DNA of 64,000 nt from an uncultured delta proteobacterium (GCA_963810935.1 CAWEPK010000009.1:256001-320000), one strand, 5' to 3'; shown: positions 28,088-38,040, numbered from the stretch's first letter. Notes: generated by a model not told the origin, from the letters alone. Made by a program: numbers and translations.

Positions 28088-30454
28088 ATGGCGGAAGTCA
28101 AGAACACAGAGATAGCCGGCACCATAAGGAGCGTAGTCTACAGGAACGCAGAGACTGGCTACATGGTGCTCAAACTCGACAAGAACACCACCCTGTGCGG
28201 CATTTACCACGACGCCTCGGCCTCGCTGGAAGGCGCGCGGATAAAGGCGTGCGGCGAGTGGAAGAAGCACAAGACCTACGGCCTCCAGTTCGTCTTCAAT
28301 GAGCTTACCGTCCTCGAGAATGAGATCTTTTACTTCCTGACAAGGATGGTCAAGGGCTTAGGCAAGAACCTCGCCGCCACACTCATCGAAACGATGGGCG
28401 AGGAGGCGCTGGAGCAGGTGCTCGAAAACGAGCCGGAGAAGCTGCTCCAGGTAAAGGGGATCAAAGAAAAGAAGCTGAAGAAGATAGAATCCCACTGGCA
28501 CAAATACAAGGAGCTGAAGTCCCTTTCCAAGTTCCTCATGCCCCTGGGCGCGACACCTTCGCTCGTCCAGCGCGTATATCGGGAGCTGAAAGACGAGACC
28601 GACCTGATCCCGCGGATCGAAGAAAACCCGTTTGTGCTGACGAAGGCGAAGGGCATAGGGTTCAAGACGGCCGACAGGATGGCCAGGGCGATGGGCATCG
28701 CGCCCGTGCACCCTTTCCGCTTAAGGGCCTGCATCGAGTATGTGCTCTTCGAATACACCGACTCGGTCGGCAATAGCTGCATCAGTCTGCCGCTGCTCAA
28801 GTCTCTCGTATCGGGCGAGCTTGCCCTTGACGACCAGGGGGAAAAGCTCGATGACGAGCTTTTCAACGGCGTGCTGGCCGCGATGGCCGGCGATGCCAAA
28901 ATAGCGATGCTGCCCGAGGACAAGGTCACGTCGTCTTTCCTTTATGATGCCGAGAAGCGCATATACGATTTTGCGGCGGCAAAGTCCCGCCAGGCGCTCA
29001 AGCCCTTCGTCGAGGACGTGGAAAGCTTCATAGCGGGGAAAGAGTCCGCCATGTCGATCGCCTTCAGCGACGAGCAGAAGGACGCCATAAGGGCGGCCAA
29101 CAAAGGCATCACGCTTTTTGCCCTCTGCGGATACGCGGGCACGGGGAAGAGCACCGTGTCGAAGGCGCTCCTCGACCTTTTATCGGTGAGGTACAACCCG
29201 GACAAGATAATCTGCTGCGCCCTGTCCGGCATCGCGTCCGACCGCATCAGGAAGCTCACCGGGTATAAGGCACAGACGATTTACAGCCTCGTCCTCGCCC
29301 ACGAGAAGCTACCGTACGACGCCGTCCTCGTGGACGAGTCGTCGATGGTCAACACGGAGCTTCTCTTCAAGCTGATAACGCGGCTGAAGGAGGGCGCAAT
29401 CCTTATCATGGTCGGCGACCCGGCCCAGCTCCCGCCTATCGGAGCGGGCAACCCGTTCTCCGACATAATAGACCTGGGCCTCGCTCCGACGGTGAAGCTC
29501 AGCCGCATTTACCGGCAGCGGGAAGACAAGGTGATCGCCCTTTTCGCCAACGAGATCCGGCAGGCGCAGGTACCCGAAGGCTACGCCCAAAGCGGTTACA
29601 GCGACTTCAGGTTCATCGACGTTTCCATTCCCAATTATTTCGCCCTGAAGCGGAAGGTAGAGAGCAACGAGCTGAAAGAGGCCGACCTGCGCAAAATGAG
29701 AGAGGAGAACTCGGACGGCATCTTACACGTCATCTGCAAGGCGGCCGGCGCCTACAAACAACCCCTGGCGGATTACCTGCACGCCAAAGACTACATGGCC
29801 TTCATATACTCCTTTCAGGTGATCTCGCCCATGAAGAACGGCGTGCTCGGGACGGAGAACCTTAACGACGCGCTCCAAAAAATACTCAACGACCATGCGG
29901 CCCGCGCAGAGACGCGCCTCGACCTGGGCAGGGTCGTGCTCGCCCGCGCCGACAAGGTCGTCCACACCCGCAACACGAATATCGACTGCATACGTTCCGA
30001 GGACTTCACCAAGCCGGACAGGGAAGAGCATTATTACACGGACAGGGTCTTCAACGGGATGCTCGGGTTCGTCAAAGAGATCGACAGGCGGGAAGAGCTG
30101 CTGTACGTCTATTACCCGGCGGACAACGTTATAGCGGTCTACAGCTTCGACGAGGCGCGCGACCTTTTGCGGCTTGCTTATGCGCTGACCATCCATAAAA
30201 CGCAGGGCAGCGAGTATAGGAACGTCGTGATACCGATGACGTTCAGCCACTTCATCATGCTCAACAACAAGCTCCTCTATACGGCCGTGACGAGGGCAAA
30301 AGAAAAAGTGACGCTGGTCGGGGAAGACTATGCGTTCAAGAGCGCGTGCCGGAAGAAGGACGCGGTCATAAGGGATACGGTGCTGAAGATGTTCGGCGTG
30401 AATGCGGCGAGCACAGGCGGCCCGACCATTCCACCGGCATCAACGCTGTTGTAG
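28088..30454 (+). CDS. recD2: RecD2-like SF1B helicase
   Basis: N-terminal OB/HhH region, GYAGTGKS, VDESSM, GDPAQLPPIGAG, IYRQ, AYALTIHKTQGSE, LYTAVTRAK. Confidence 0.92.
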   Translation: MAEVKNTEIAGTIRSVVYRNAETGYMVLKLDKNTTLCGIYHDASASLEGARIKACGEWKKHKTYGLQFVFNELTVLENEIFYFLTRMVKGLGKNLAATLIETMGEEALEQVLENEPEKLLQVKGIKEKKLKKIESHWHKYKELKSLSKFLMPLGATPSLVQRVYRELKDETDLIPRIEENPFVLTKAKGIGFKTADRMARAMGIAPVHPFRLRACIEYVLFEYTDSVGNSCISLPLLKSLVSGELALDDQGEKLDDELFNGVLAAMAGDAKIAMLPEDKVTSSFLYDAEKRIYDFAAAKSRQALKPFVEDVESFIAGKESAMSIAFSDEQKDAIRAANKGITLFALCGYAGTGKSTVSKALLDLLSVRYNPDKIICCALSGIASDRIRKLTGYKAQTIYSLVLAHEKLPYDAVLVDESSMVNTELLFKLITRLKEGAILIMVGDPAQLPPIGAGNPFSDIIDLGLAPTVKLSRIYRQREDKVIALFANEIRQAQVPEGYAQSGYSDFRFIDVSIPNYFALKRKVESNELKEADLRKMREENSDGILHVICKAAGAYKQPLADYLHAKDYMAFIYSFQVISPMKNGVLGTENLNDALQKILNDHAARAETRLDLGRVVLARADKVVHTRNTNIDCIRSEDFTKPDREEHYYTDRVFNGMLGFVKEIDRREELLYVYYPADNVIAVYSFDEARDLLRLAYALTIHKTQGSEYRNVVIPMTFSHFIMLNNKLLYTAVTRAKEKVTLVGEDYAFKSACRKKDAVIRDTVLKMFGVNAASTGGPTIPPASTLL

Positions 30455-30490
30455 CAAATGCTTCCTTGGTCGTTCTCGCAAGTTCTTTCT

Positions 30491-30539
30491 TTGTTGGGGC
30501 TTCATCGCCTTCCCCCATACGGACAGGCCCAGCCCTTCA
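30491..30539 (-). repeat. Degenerate copy of repeat family A
   Basis: Minus strand TGAAGGGCTGG...GGGGGAAGGCGATGAAGCCCCAACAA resembles the family A ends. Confidence 0.45.
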
Positions 30540-30624
30540 GTTCTTCCCCGCCCTCCCTAATCGGTAGGCAAAGCACTGAAAGGTGAGAAAAAACACCAGT
30601 CACGACAACCCCATTTCTCGTTCT

Positions 30625-30651
30625 TAAGTTTTTCCCTTTTACCGCCGAATA
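30625..30651 (+). promoter_or_regulatory. sigma28 (FliA) promoter
   Basis: TAAG-15 nt-GCCGAATA upstream of an MCP gene. Confidence 0.65.
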
Positions 30652-30698
30652 ATGGCTAGGCGCTTCGACGGTGACTTTGCATAGGGGGGGTATCTTTC

Positions 30699-32324
30699 AT
30701 GAGAAGAAATGATATTAGCATCGGGAAGAGGCTCGCTGTCGGTTTTGGGGCTATTACATTTATAATGGCGGTTCTGATATGCATTGCGATCTTCAATATG
30801 AAGCAACTGGACACGAGATTCAGCCAGGTTGTAGATCTCAATGCGGCAAGGATCGAAAAAGCAAATGCAGCCATAAAGGCCATAGATCAGATCTTCTACG
30901 CGATGGGCATAATAATGATGTCGCAGGATCAGAGCATCGCCGAAGAGAATGCCAAGGTCATCGCAGAGAAGCGGAAGGTGCTGGGCGAGGCATTTGACGC
31001 CCTCAGTAAGCTGGGCTTGACCCAGAGGGCCACGGATCTCGTGGAGCAGAACAGAGTCGCCTCGGCGGCCGGCAAGCAGGCGAACAACAAGGCAATGGAG
31101 TTGGCGAAGGCCGGCAACCGCGAAGAGGCGATGTCGGTCTATGTAAAAGAGGCACGACCGTTCGCACTGCAGAACATAGCGGCGATGGAAGAGCTCGTGC
31201 GATACGAACAGGGGGAGATGGCGTTAGCCCGCCAGGCAGCATTGAAAGAGAGCCTCAAATATCGCCTGCTTCTAGTAGTTTTAGGCGTCATCGGCCTTAG
31301 CATGGTCGTTTCGGCCACGGTTTATCTAACCCGCAGCATTACTGTCCCCCTCAAAGAAGGAGTGAGTGTAGCGGACCGTCTCGCAAACGGCGATCTCGGG
31401 ACAAAGGTCGCTTATGAGGCCCGTGACGAAGTTGGTCAACTGCTGGCGTCAATGAAAAACATGGTGGAGAAATGGCGAGTTGTTGTGTCCCACGTAGCAT
31501 CCACCGCGACGAGTCTTTCGTCCGCGGCCACCGAACTTTCCGCAAGCGCCGAGCAGATGTCGAAAGGTTCATCCGTTCAAGCGGAGCGGGTGGCGACGGT
31601 CGCCACCTCGTCCGAAGAAATGTCCAAGACGGTCCTTGATGTAGCTAAGAACGCCAATGGCATCTCCCAATCAGCCACCGATGCGGCGATGACTGCACGG
31701 GGTGGGGCTTCCGTGGTAAACAGGGCAGTCGAAGAAGTCAAGGACATCGCGTTGACAGTAAACGACTGTGCACGGTTCGTGGAATCCCTCGGGGAACGCT
31801 CCAAACAGATAGGGGAGATCGTTGGGGTTATTAATGACATAGCCGACCAGACGAACCTCCTGGCCCTGAACGCTGCAATCGAGGCGGCGAGGGCCGGAGA
31901 CCAGGGCAGAGGTTTCGCGGTCGTTGCGGACGAAGTGAGAAAACTCGCGGAACGGACTGCAACCTCGACCTCTGAGATAGGCGTAATGATAAAGGGGATT
32001 CAAGATGAGGTCGGCAGGGCAGTCGAGGCGATGAACATCGCAACGACAAAGGTCGGCCAGGGAGTCAAGTACTCGGAGGAGGCAGGCAATTCGCTGGGCG
32101 TTATTGTTAAGGGCGTTGATGACCTACAGCTCATGGTCCAAGAGATAGCATCGGCCACGGAAGAAATGAGCGCTACCTCCGATGAGATCAGCAAGGACGT
32201 GGAAGAGATAGCTTCCATCTCCCGGGAAACGTCAACCAGTTCGGAGCAGACCGCAACGGCATCGGGCGAGTTGGCCAAATTGGCAGTTGCCCTACAGAAT
32301 ATTGTCGGGGGATTCAGGATGTAA
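30699..32324 (+). CDS. Methyl-accepting chemotaxis protein (four-helix bundle sensor, HAMP)
   Basis: Two TMs, [47 protein letters not shown]. Confidence 0.97.
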   Translation: MRRNDISIGKRLAVGFGAITFIMAVLICIAIFNMKQLDTRFSQVVDLNAARIEKANAAIKAIDQIFYAMGIIMMSQDQSIAEENAKVIAEKRKVLGEAFDALSKLGLTQRATDLVEQNRVASAAGKQANNKAMELAKAGNREEAMSVYVKEARPFALQNIAAMEELVRYEQGEMALARQAALKESLKYRLLLVVLGVIGLSMVVSATVYLTRSITVPLKEGVSVADRLANGDLGTKVAYEARDEVGQLLASMKNMVEKWRVVVSHVASTATSLSSAATELSASAEQMSKGSSVQAERVATVATSSEEMSKTVLDVAKNANGISQSATDAAMTARGGASVVNRAVEEVKDIALTVNDCARFVESLGERSKQIGEIVGVINDIADQTNLLALNAAIEAARAGDQGRGFAVVADEVRKLAERTATSTSEIGVMIKGIQDEVGRAVEAMNIATTKVGQGVKYSEEAGNSLGVIVKGVDDLQLMVQEIASATEEMSATSDEISKDVEEIASISRETSTSSEQTATASGELAKLAVALQNIVGGFRM

Positions 32325-32403
32325 TTGCCTGCCCGGACTCGTGTTGTTGCGTAGGCAGGGCACGCTTCAGGGGCCTGCGGTTCGTCCATACGCAAACGGA
32401 GTC

Positions 32404-33594
32404 TCATGACAAATAGAGGTGCTCTCTGGTCAGGGGGAGCGTATTGTTGATGCCGTTGGTAAAGAGTATCTGGTAGAGCCTGGTGTCGCCCCATCGGAAA
32501 GCCGCCGCGCTGCCCTTCAGGTACATCCTCCACATGCGCACGACTCCTGAGTCGAACATCTTTTCGATCGTCGCGGCGCGAGCCTCAAGCCGTCTCCCCC
32601 ATTCATCGAGGGTGGCCGCATAATGAAGGCGAAGGTTCTCGATGTCGAGAGGGACGAGCCTTCTTTGCCCCATCTCGCGTATCACGTAGTCAAGAGCAGG
32701 GATATGGGCGCCGGGGAAAATATACTTCATTGTCCATGGGTCATCAGCCGTATGGCGTTCCTTTCCGACGGTATGGAGGAGGCCGATGCCGCCTTGCCGC
32801 AAGAGGTTTCCCGTTTTTTCCATGAACGCGGGAATAAAGCTTTTTCCTACATGCTCGAACATGCCGATGGAAACGAATTTGTCGAATTGACCCGTGAGGT
32901 TTCGATAATCTTCACGGAGAATCGTGATGCTCTTTGTCAGTCCTTCCCGTGCTATCCTTTCTTCCGCATAGCGGGCCTGGCGTTCGGATAAGGTGCATCC
33001 GACACCGCTTACCCCGTAATGATGGGCGGCATAGAGGAGCATTCCACCCCATCCGCAACCGATATCCACCAGTGTCTCGCCTGCCTTCAGGCAGAGTTTT
33101 TTGCAGATGTGTTCGTACTTCTGCTGCTGGGCCTCTTCGAGGGTGTCCTTCTCGTTTTTGAAATACGCGCACGAATAAGTCATGCTCTCGTCCAGGTATT
33201 GCTCGAAGAAATCGTCCCCTAGGTCGTAGTGGTGCGAAATGTTTGCGGGCGACTTTTTCTTCGTGTTGAGGCATCGCAGGTATTGAAGCAGAACGGCTGC
33301 CTTTGTCTTGAGCGGCAGTTTCATATCCTGGACGTGCGGGTCCATGCCTATACGGAGAAGCTGGTCAAGGTCGCCCTCCACGTCTATATTTCCCGCAACA
33401 TATCCTTCCCTGAACCCCGTTGCCCCTCTCTTGAAAATGGCCTTTGCCCCGTCTTCCGTCGTGAAGGAGATAATAAAGGCGGGCAGGCCATGCCCGAACG
33501 CTTCTGCGTCACCATCCCAAAAACGAACTGCGAAGGGAATTTCGGGGAGATTACGGCTTAATGTTCGAAGCAACTCCTGAAGGGTTTTCTTCAT
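32404..33594 (-). CDS. cfa: Cyclopropane-fatty-acyl-phospholipid synthase family methyltransferase
   Basis: ISHHYDLG, MTYSCAYF, DIGCGWG, SIGMFEHVG, YIFPG, HYAATL. Confidence 0.9.
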   Translation of the reverse strand: MKKTLQELLRTLSRNLPEIPFAVRFWDGDAEAFGHGLPAFIISFTTEDGAKAIFKRGATGFREGYVAGNIDVEGDLDQLLRIGMDPHVQDMKLPLKTKAAVLLQYLRCLNTKKKSPANISHHYDLGDDFFEQYLDESMTYSCAYFKNEKDTLEEAQQQKYEHICKKLCLKAGETLVDIGCGWGGMLLYAAHHYGVSGVGCTLSERQARYAEERIAREGLTKSITILREDYRNLTGQFDKFVSIGMFEHVGKSFIPAFMEKTGNLLRQGGIGLLHTVGKERHTADDPWTMKYIFPGAHIPALDYVIREMGQRRLVPLDIENLRLHYAATLDEWGRRLEARAATIEKMFDSGVVRMWRMYLKGSAAAFRWGDTRLYQILFTNGINNTLPLTREHLYLS

Positions 33595-33843
33595 AACCTT
33601 ACTATGGTTTTCTTAGAATCTAACTCTCTTCAAGATACGGTATGGAGCTACCAGAATCATGATATGAGGTTCCGTCATATTTGTCAACCAAACACGCATG
33701 ATTTGTATGCAGACCGGCCCCTCCCCCGCCCATCCACCCGGCTTTGTTAGAGGAGAACCGCAGTCCATGTGATGAGTTCGGCGGCTACCTGTATTATAAT
33801 AGTCTCGGCCGTACCTTTGCGCGGTACGCGCCACGGAGGTCAT

Positions 33844-35505
33844 ATCGAAATATACGGGAACGTACAGGGCCTTAACCGCCTGCAAAAACGCAGACTCCTT
33901 AACCTCGCCGGCAAGAAGATAGAGGCAGGCGCAGTCATCACCTTCGACAGGGCAAGGAACATGATGGAGATCTCCAGGGAGATCGCCAGGCAGGTGGGCC
34001 TTGTCGTCAACCGGAGGGGCGTCGTGGAGCACGTCGTCGTCGGGACGCGGGAGCGGATCGGCCTGCCGGAGCTTTCATCCGAGAGGGTGGGCAGGGCGCG
34101 CTTCAGGGGGCTGCGGTTCGTCCATACGCACCTCGCCGGAGAATTGCTCTCTAAGGAAGACCTCACGGACCTCGCCCTGCTCCAGCTCGACCTGATTGCC
34201 TGCGTCCTTGAACGAAAAGGAGAGCCGGGAGAGCTGATACAGATCGGCCACCTGATGCCCGGCGGCGGCAAGGGGCAGGCGTGGGATTTCATAGGTCCCG
34301 TGCCTGTAGCCGAACTGGACCTCGACTTTACCGAATTCATCAACACCCTGGAGGCGGAATTCGTCAAGGAAAGGGGCACCCATTACGTTACCGGCGCGGG
34401 CGTCCGGGAGGCGTGCGTGCTCGTCGTAGTTACCCTGCCCCGGAAACCGAAGAACGTGGAGGAGAGGGTCGCCGAGCTGAAGGACCTCTCCTATTCCGCG
34501 GGCCTCTCGGTGCTCGACGTTGTGTTGCAGCGCCCCAAGGAGCTGCACCCCAAGTTCCTCGTGGGCAAGGGCAAGATCGAGGAGATCGCGGTGAACTGCG
34601 CGCAGGCAGGGGCGGACATGCTCGTCTTCGATGAGGAGCTGACGCCGAGCCAGCTCAACAGCATCTCGTCCCTCACCGGACTGAAAGTGATCGACCGCAA
34701 CCAGCTCATCCTCGACATTTTTGCAGCAAGGGCAAACACGAGCGAGGCCAAGATTCAGGTCGAGCTTGCGCAGCTACGTTATATCCTGCCCCGGCTTTCC
34801 GAGAAAGAGGCGGCCCTTTCGAGGCTCACGGGGGGCATCGGCGGCAGGGGGCCCGGAGAGACGAAGCTCGAAGTGAACAGGGCGAGGATAAGAGAGAGGA
34901 TCGCCTTCCTGGAAAAGAAGCTCAAAGAGGTGGGAAAGGCCAGGGAGAGGAAGAGGGAGAAGAGGCGGCGGATGCGCATCCCCGTCGTCTCTATCGTAGG
35001 CTACACGAACTCAGGTAAATCGACGCTGCTCAATCTCCTTACGAAGAGCGCCGTGGAGGTGCAGGAGCGCTTCTTCAGCACACTGACGCCTACGACGAGG
35101 CTCATCAAATACCCCGCCCGGAAGGGGATCGTCATGACCGATACGGTCGGCTTTATCGAGCACCTGCCCGAAGTGCTCCTGCGCGCCTTCGCCGCGACCC
35201 TCGAAGAGCTGGAAGACGCGACCCTTCTCCTCCACCTCGTCGATATCAGCTCCCCCGATTTCGAGGATAGGATAGAGTCGGTCAACCGCATGATAGGGAA
35301 GCTGGGCCTCTCCGAGAAGCCGAACCTGTTCGTCTTCAATAAGATCGACCGGGTGGACAGGGGCTTTGTCAGGCTGACCGAGGCGCGCTACGGGGCATGC
35401 TCGATCTCGTGCGTAACTGAAGAAGGCATAGAAGGCCTCGTCCATACAATAGAGGCGGCGGTAGAGGCGGTGGAGGGCCTGGGCTATATGGAGACGCGCG
35501 GATAA
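33844..35505 (+). CDS. hflX: GTPase HflX (long N-terminal form); start codon uncertain
   Basis: IYGNVQGL, HTHL, GGRGPGETKLE, GYTNSGKST, DTVGF, NKID. Confidence 0.95.
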   Translation: MEIYGNVQGLNRLQKRRLLNLAGKKIEAGAVITFDRARNMMEISREIARQVGLVVNRRGVVEHVVVGTRERIGLPELSSERVGRARFRGLRFVHTHLAGELLSKEDLTDLALLQLDLIACVLERKGEPGELIQIGHLMPGGGKGQAWDFIGPVPVAELDLDFTEFINTLEAEFVKERGTHYVTGAGVREACVLVVVTLPRKPKNVEERVAELKDLSYSAGLSVLDVVLQRPKELHPKFLVGKGKIEEIAVNCAQAGADMLVFDEELTPSQLNSISSLTGLKVIDRNQLILDIFAARANTSEAKIQVELAQLRYILPRLSEKEAALSRLTGGIGGRGPGETKLEVNRARIRERIAFLEKKLKEVGKARERKREKRRRMRIPVVSIVGYTNSGKSTLLNLLTKSAVEVQERFFSTLTPTTRLIKYPARKGIVMTDTVGFIEHLPEVLLRAFAATLEELEDATLLLHLVDISSPDFEDRIESVNRMIGKLGLSEKPNLFVFNKIDRVDRGFVRLTEARYGACSISCVTEEGIEGLVHTIEAAVEAVEGLGYMETRG

Positions 35506-35536
35506 TTTTGTTTAGGCCGCGTCCGCTTCCTTTGTG

Positions 35537-36022
35537 TTATCCGGCTGATGACATAAAGACATCCCTGATCTCCGGAGAGATGCCCGTAAAGTCGAAGTTT
35601 TCGAGCAGCCTGGCGCGGTCGAGGCCTTTGGCCTCCCTGAACAGGGCGGTCGCCTGGGCGCAACGCTCTTTCGCGTCATTTTCGATCCAGGATTCGGCCC
35701 AGATGTCCCTGCCGTCTATGCGTTGCAGCCTTGCCCCGGCATGGTAAGCCGAATCGCACGACACGGGCTTCAGGAAATCCATATCCAGCTTGCGGGTAAA
35801 ACCGATCTTGCCCGTCTGCACGAATATCGCGTACCACATCATGGCGTCGAGGATGCCGAAAAGCATCCCGCCGTGGACTACGCCCTCGTACCCTTCGAAC
35901 GCAGTGCTAAGGCTGAAGTCCGTCCGGACGAGCCCGTCCCGGTAATGGATGCGAAGCTGCATTCCGTCGCTTCGCCGCAAGCTGGTGAAAAAAGAGTCCC
36001 TGTAGACCGGCAACAAGCTCAT
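35537..36022 (-). CDS. PaaI family thioesterase
   Basis: ATG overlaps the rlmN stop; FEGYEGVVHGGMLFGILD, MDFLKPV. Confidence 0.8.
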   Translation of the reverse strand: MSLLPVYRDSFFTSLRRSDGMQLRIHYRDGLVRTDFSLSTAFEGYEGVVHGGMLFGILDAMMWYAIFVQTGKIGFTRKLDMDFLKPVSCDSAYHAGARLQRIDGRDIWAESWIENDAKERCAQATALFREAKGLDRARLLENFDFTGISPEIRDVFMSSAG

Positions 36023-37047
36023 CTTCCCTCCTCGAGATACCTCATGCCTAGCTGCCCGCACCCCCCGCCTACGTCGCCGGCGCGGGAGTCCCGCACGATG
36101 GCCGTAAAATGCCTGTTGATCAGGTACGACTGAAACTGTTTGACCGATTCCTGGTCGGGCGTCTCGAATTCCGTATAGGGGGACGCGTTGTGCGGTATGA
36201 GGTTGATCTTGCACCTCACTCCCTTGAGAAGCTCGGCAAGGCGCGCCGCGTCCTCCATCGAATCGTTTACTCCCCGCAGCATTACGTATTCGAAGGTCAC
36301 CCTCGTCCGGCCCATGTCTCCGAGGCCTTTTACGTAGTCGATGACGTCGGCCAGGTGATAGACCCTGTTGATCGGCATGAGCCGGGTCCTTAAAGCGTCC
36401 GTGGCCGCATTGAGCGAGATTGCGATCTGCACCTTGCGCGGGTCGAGGAGGCGGAGCCTGTCTACGAGGGCCACGGTCGAGACGGTGAGGCGCCTGTGCG
36501 AAACCTTGAGGCCGAAGGGCTCTTCCATTATCTCGACGGCCCTCAGCACGTTGTCGACGTTGTCGAGGGGCTCGCCCATGCCCATGAGGACTACGTTTGT
36601 TATTGCGCTGCCTTGCGCGTGAGGCCGCATCGCCATTAACTGGCCTACGATCTCCCCGGCAGTCAGGTTCCTCAAAAAGCCGATCCTGCCGGTTACGCAG
36701 AACGCGCAGGCCATCTTGCATCCCACCTGGGTGGAGAGGCAGACGGTGCTCTTGCCGCCCTCCGGCATAAGGACGCTCTCGATGACACGGCCGTCGTTGA
36801 GGGAAAATACGAACTTAATGGAGTCGTCGGCGGAAACGCTCATCTCCTCGGCCTTAGGGCTGTTGAAATCGAACATGTTACGGAGGGTCACGCGGAAGCC
36901 TTTCGGAAGGTTGGTCATGAGGTCGAAATCGCACGTGTCGGCCTGGTAGACCCATTTGTAAATCTGGCGCGCCCGGTAAGGCTTTATGCCGAGGCTCTCG
37001 ACTATGTCCTCAAGCTCCCGTAGGGAGAGGTCAAAAAAATTGGTCAC
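36019..37047 (-). CDS. rlmN: Dual-specificity RNA methyltransferase RlmN
   Basis: CLSTQVGCKMACAFC, MGMGEPLDN, FEYVML, GCGQL. Confidence 0.97.
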   Translation of the reverse strand: MTNFFDLSLRELEDIVESLGIKPYRARQIYKWVYQADTCDFDLMTNLPKGFRVTLRNMFDFNSPKAEEMSVSADDSIKFVFSLNDGRVIESVLMPEGGKSTVCLSTQVGCKMACAFCVTGRIGFLRNLTAGEIVGQLMAMRPHAQGSAITNVVLMGMGEPLDNVDNVLRAVEIMEEPFGLKVSHRRLTVSTVALVDRLRLLDPRKVQIAISLNAATDALRTRLMPINRVYHLADVIDYVKGLGDMGRTRVTFEYVMLRGVNDSMEDAARLAELLKGVRCKINLIPHNASPYTEFETPDQESVKQFQSYLINRHFTAIVRDSRAGDVGGGCGQLGMRYLEEGR

Positions 37048-37126
37048 CTAATTAAATAACCAGAAATGACAGGACTTTTCAAGAGAATGAGGGCGGCTCG
37101 CCTCCCCCGACTGCCCACCTTTCAAG

Positions 37127-37156
37127 AAATACCCTGCTGCAAGCAGCAGGGTATTT
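37127..37156. repeat. Perfect 14-bp-arm palindrome (REP-like or terminator)
   Basis: AAATACCCTGCTGC-AA-GCAGCAGGGTATTT downstream of the 37191 stop. Confidence 0.7.
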
Positions 37157-37190
37157 AAAGCAAGTGAATGCGCAGCGCCAATGGTTGTCT

Positions 37191-37753
37191 TTACCCGGTC
37201 GCCTTTTCCAATGAAACCGCCATTGCCTGCGTATAGGTGATGTTTAGTTCGTCGCCCACCTTCAGTTTCGTGATCGTGTTGGGGTTCCTGGCCTTTTGAC
37301 GGTGACCATATTCCCCTGCGGTCCCTTCAACGTTACCATGGAGTTCGGCTTATCGATCGACTCGACCGTGGCCGTAGTCGTCACCCGCTCCATCGTAGTC
37401 GCGGGCTGGCCGGGCACCGCCGTTCTTTCCATTTCCCTCGAAGACATCATCGGCTGCTCTCCGGGCTTGGCCATCTGCACGGCCACTGACTGGTAGTATC
37501 TCGCCATGATCTGGTCGCCCGGCTTCAGGTCCGACAGGTTGGCTACGTCAGGGCCGGCCTTGATGGTGAAGAGGTTGCCCCTCGGGCCCCGCAAGGTAAC
37601 CATCCGGTTCTGGAGATCGACCGATTCGATCGTCGCTTTCATAGTGATAAGCTCGGACCTCTGGGCGGTCGGCATGTTTTCCGCAGCCGGCGCAATCGCC
37701 GCAAATGCCGCCACCATAACTATGGCCAGAAATAATGCACATACCTGTCTCAT
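37191..37753 (-). CDS. Exported protein with two tandem OB-like beta-barrel repeats; frameshift at ~37295
   Basis: Signal peptide. Repeat 1 is TIKAGPDVANLSDLKPGDQIMARY; repeat 2 is completed only in another frame (TVK/ARNPNTITKLKVGDELNITYTQAMAVSLEKATG*). Confidence 0.8.
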
Positions 37754-37927
37754 ACGTTCCTCCTTGCTGTTTTATGGCCCGCAAGGGGCCTGGTACGCTT
37801 TTGGCGGGCTAACCGCCCGACTTGGATTGCCGTATCGCCGAGGATCGTCTACGGGGTCGTCCCGGAAATTACTTTCGGAGGAGGGAGAAGCGGAAACGGC
37901 AACCCTTTCAAGTACATCCTTGCGGCA

Positions 37928-37943
37928 TGCAAAACCTTTGCCT
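37928..37943 (-). promoter_or_regulatory. Possible sigma54 promoter
   Basis: Minus strand AGGCAA-AGGTT-TTGCA (GG-N10-GC). Confidence 0.45.
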
Positions 37944-38040
37944 AGGAAACATGCTCACCCGGGCTGAATTTGTCAATGTGGGGGCCGGGCGTCCCCGCGC
38001 CGTCTTGATTACGAGAGTTCAAATTGTTAGAATGAGGAAA

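Noticed and set aside
30562..30610. c-di-GMP-I riboswitch upstream of the MCP (GGCAAA..GAAA)
   Set aside because: Lacks the GACGCAAA junction and P3, and lies upstream of the sigma28 promoter
35537..36721. 394-aa ORF overlapping rlmN in another frame
   Set aside because: Only the part from ATG36022 is thioesterase-like; the upstream portion is an off-frame read of rlmN
37288..37300. Programmed -1 frameshift at GTC AAA AGG
   Set aside because: Not an X XXY YYZ or in-frame A AAG site, no obvious stimulator, and three other indels in the window suggest sequence error
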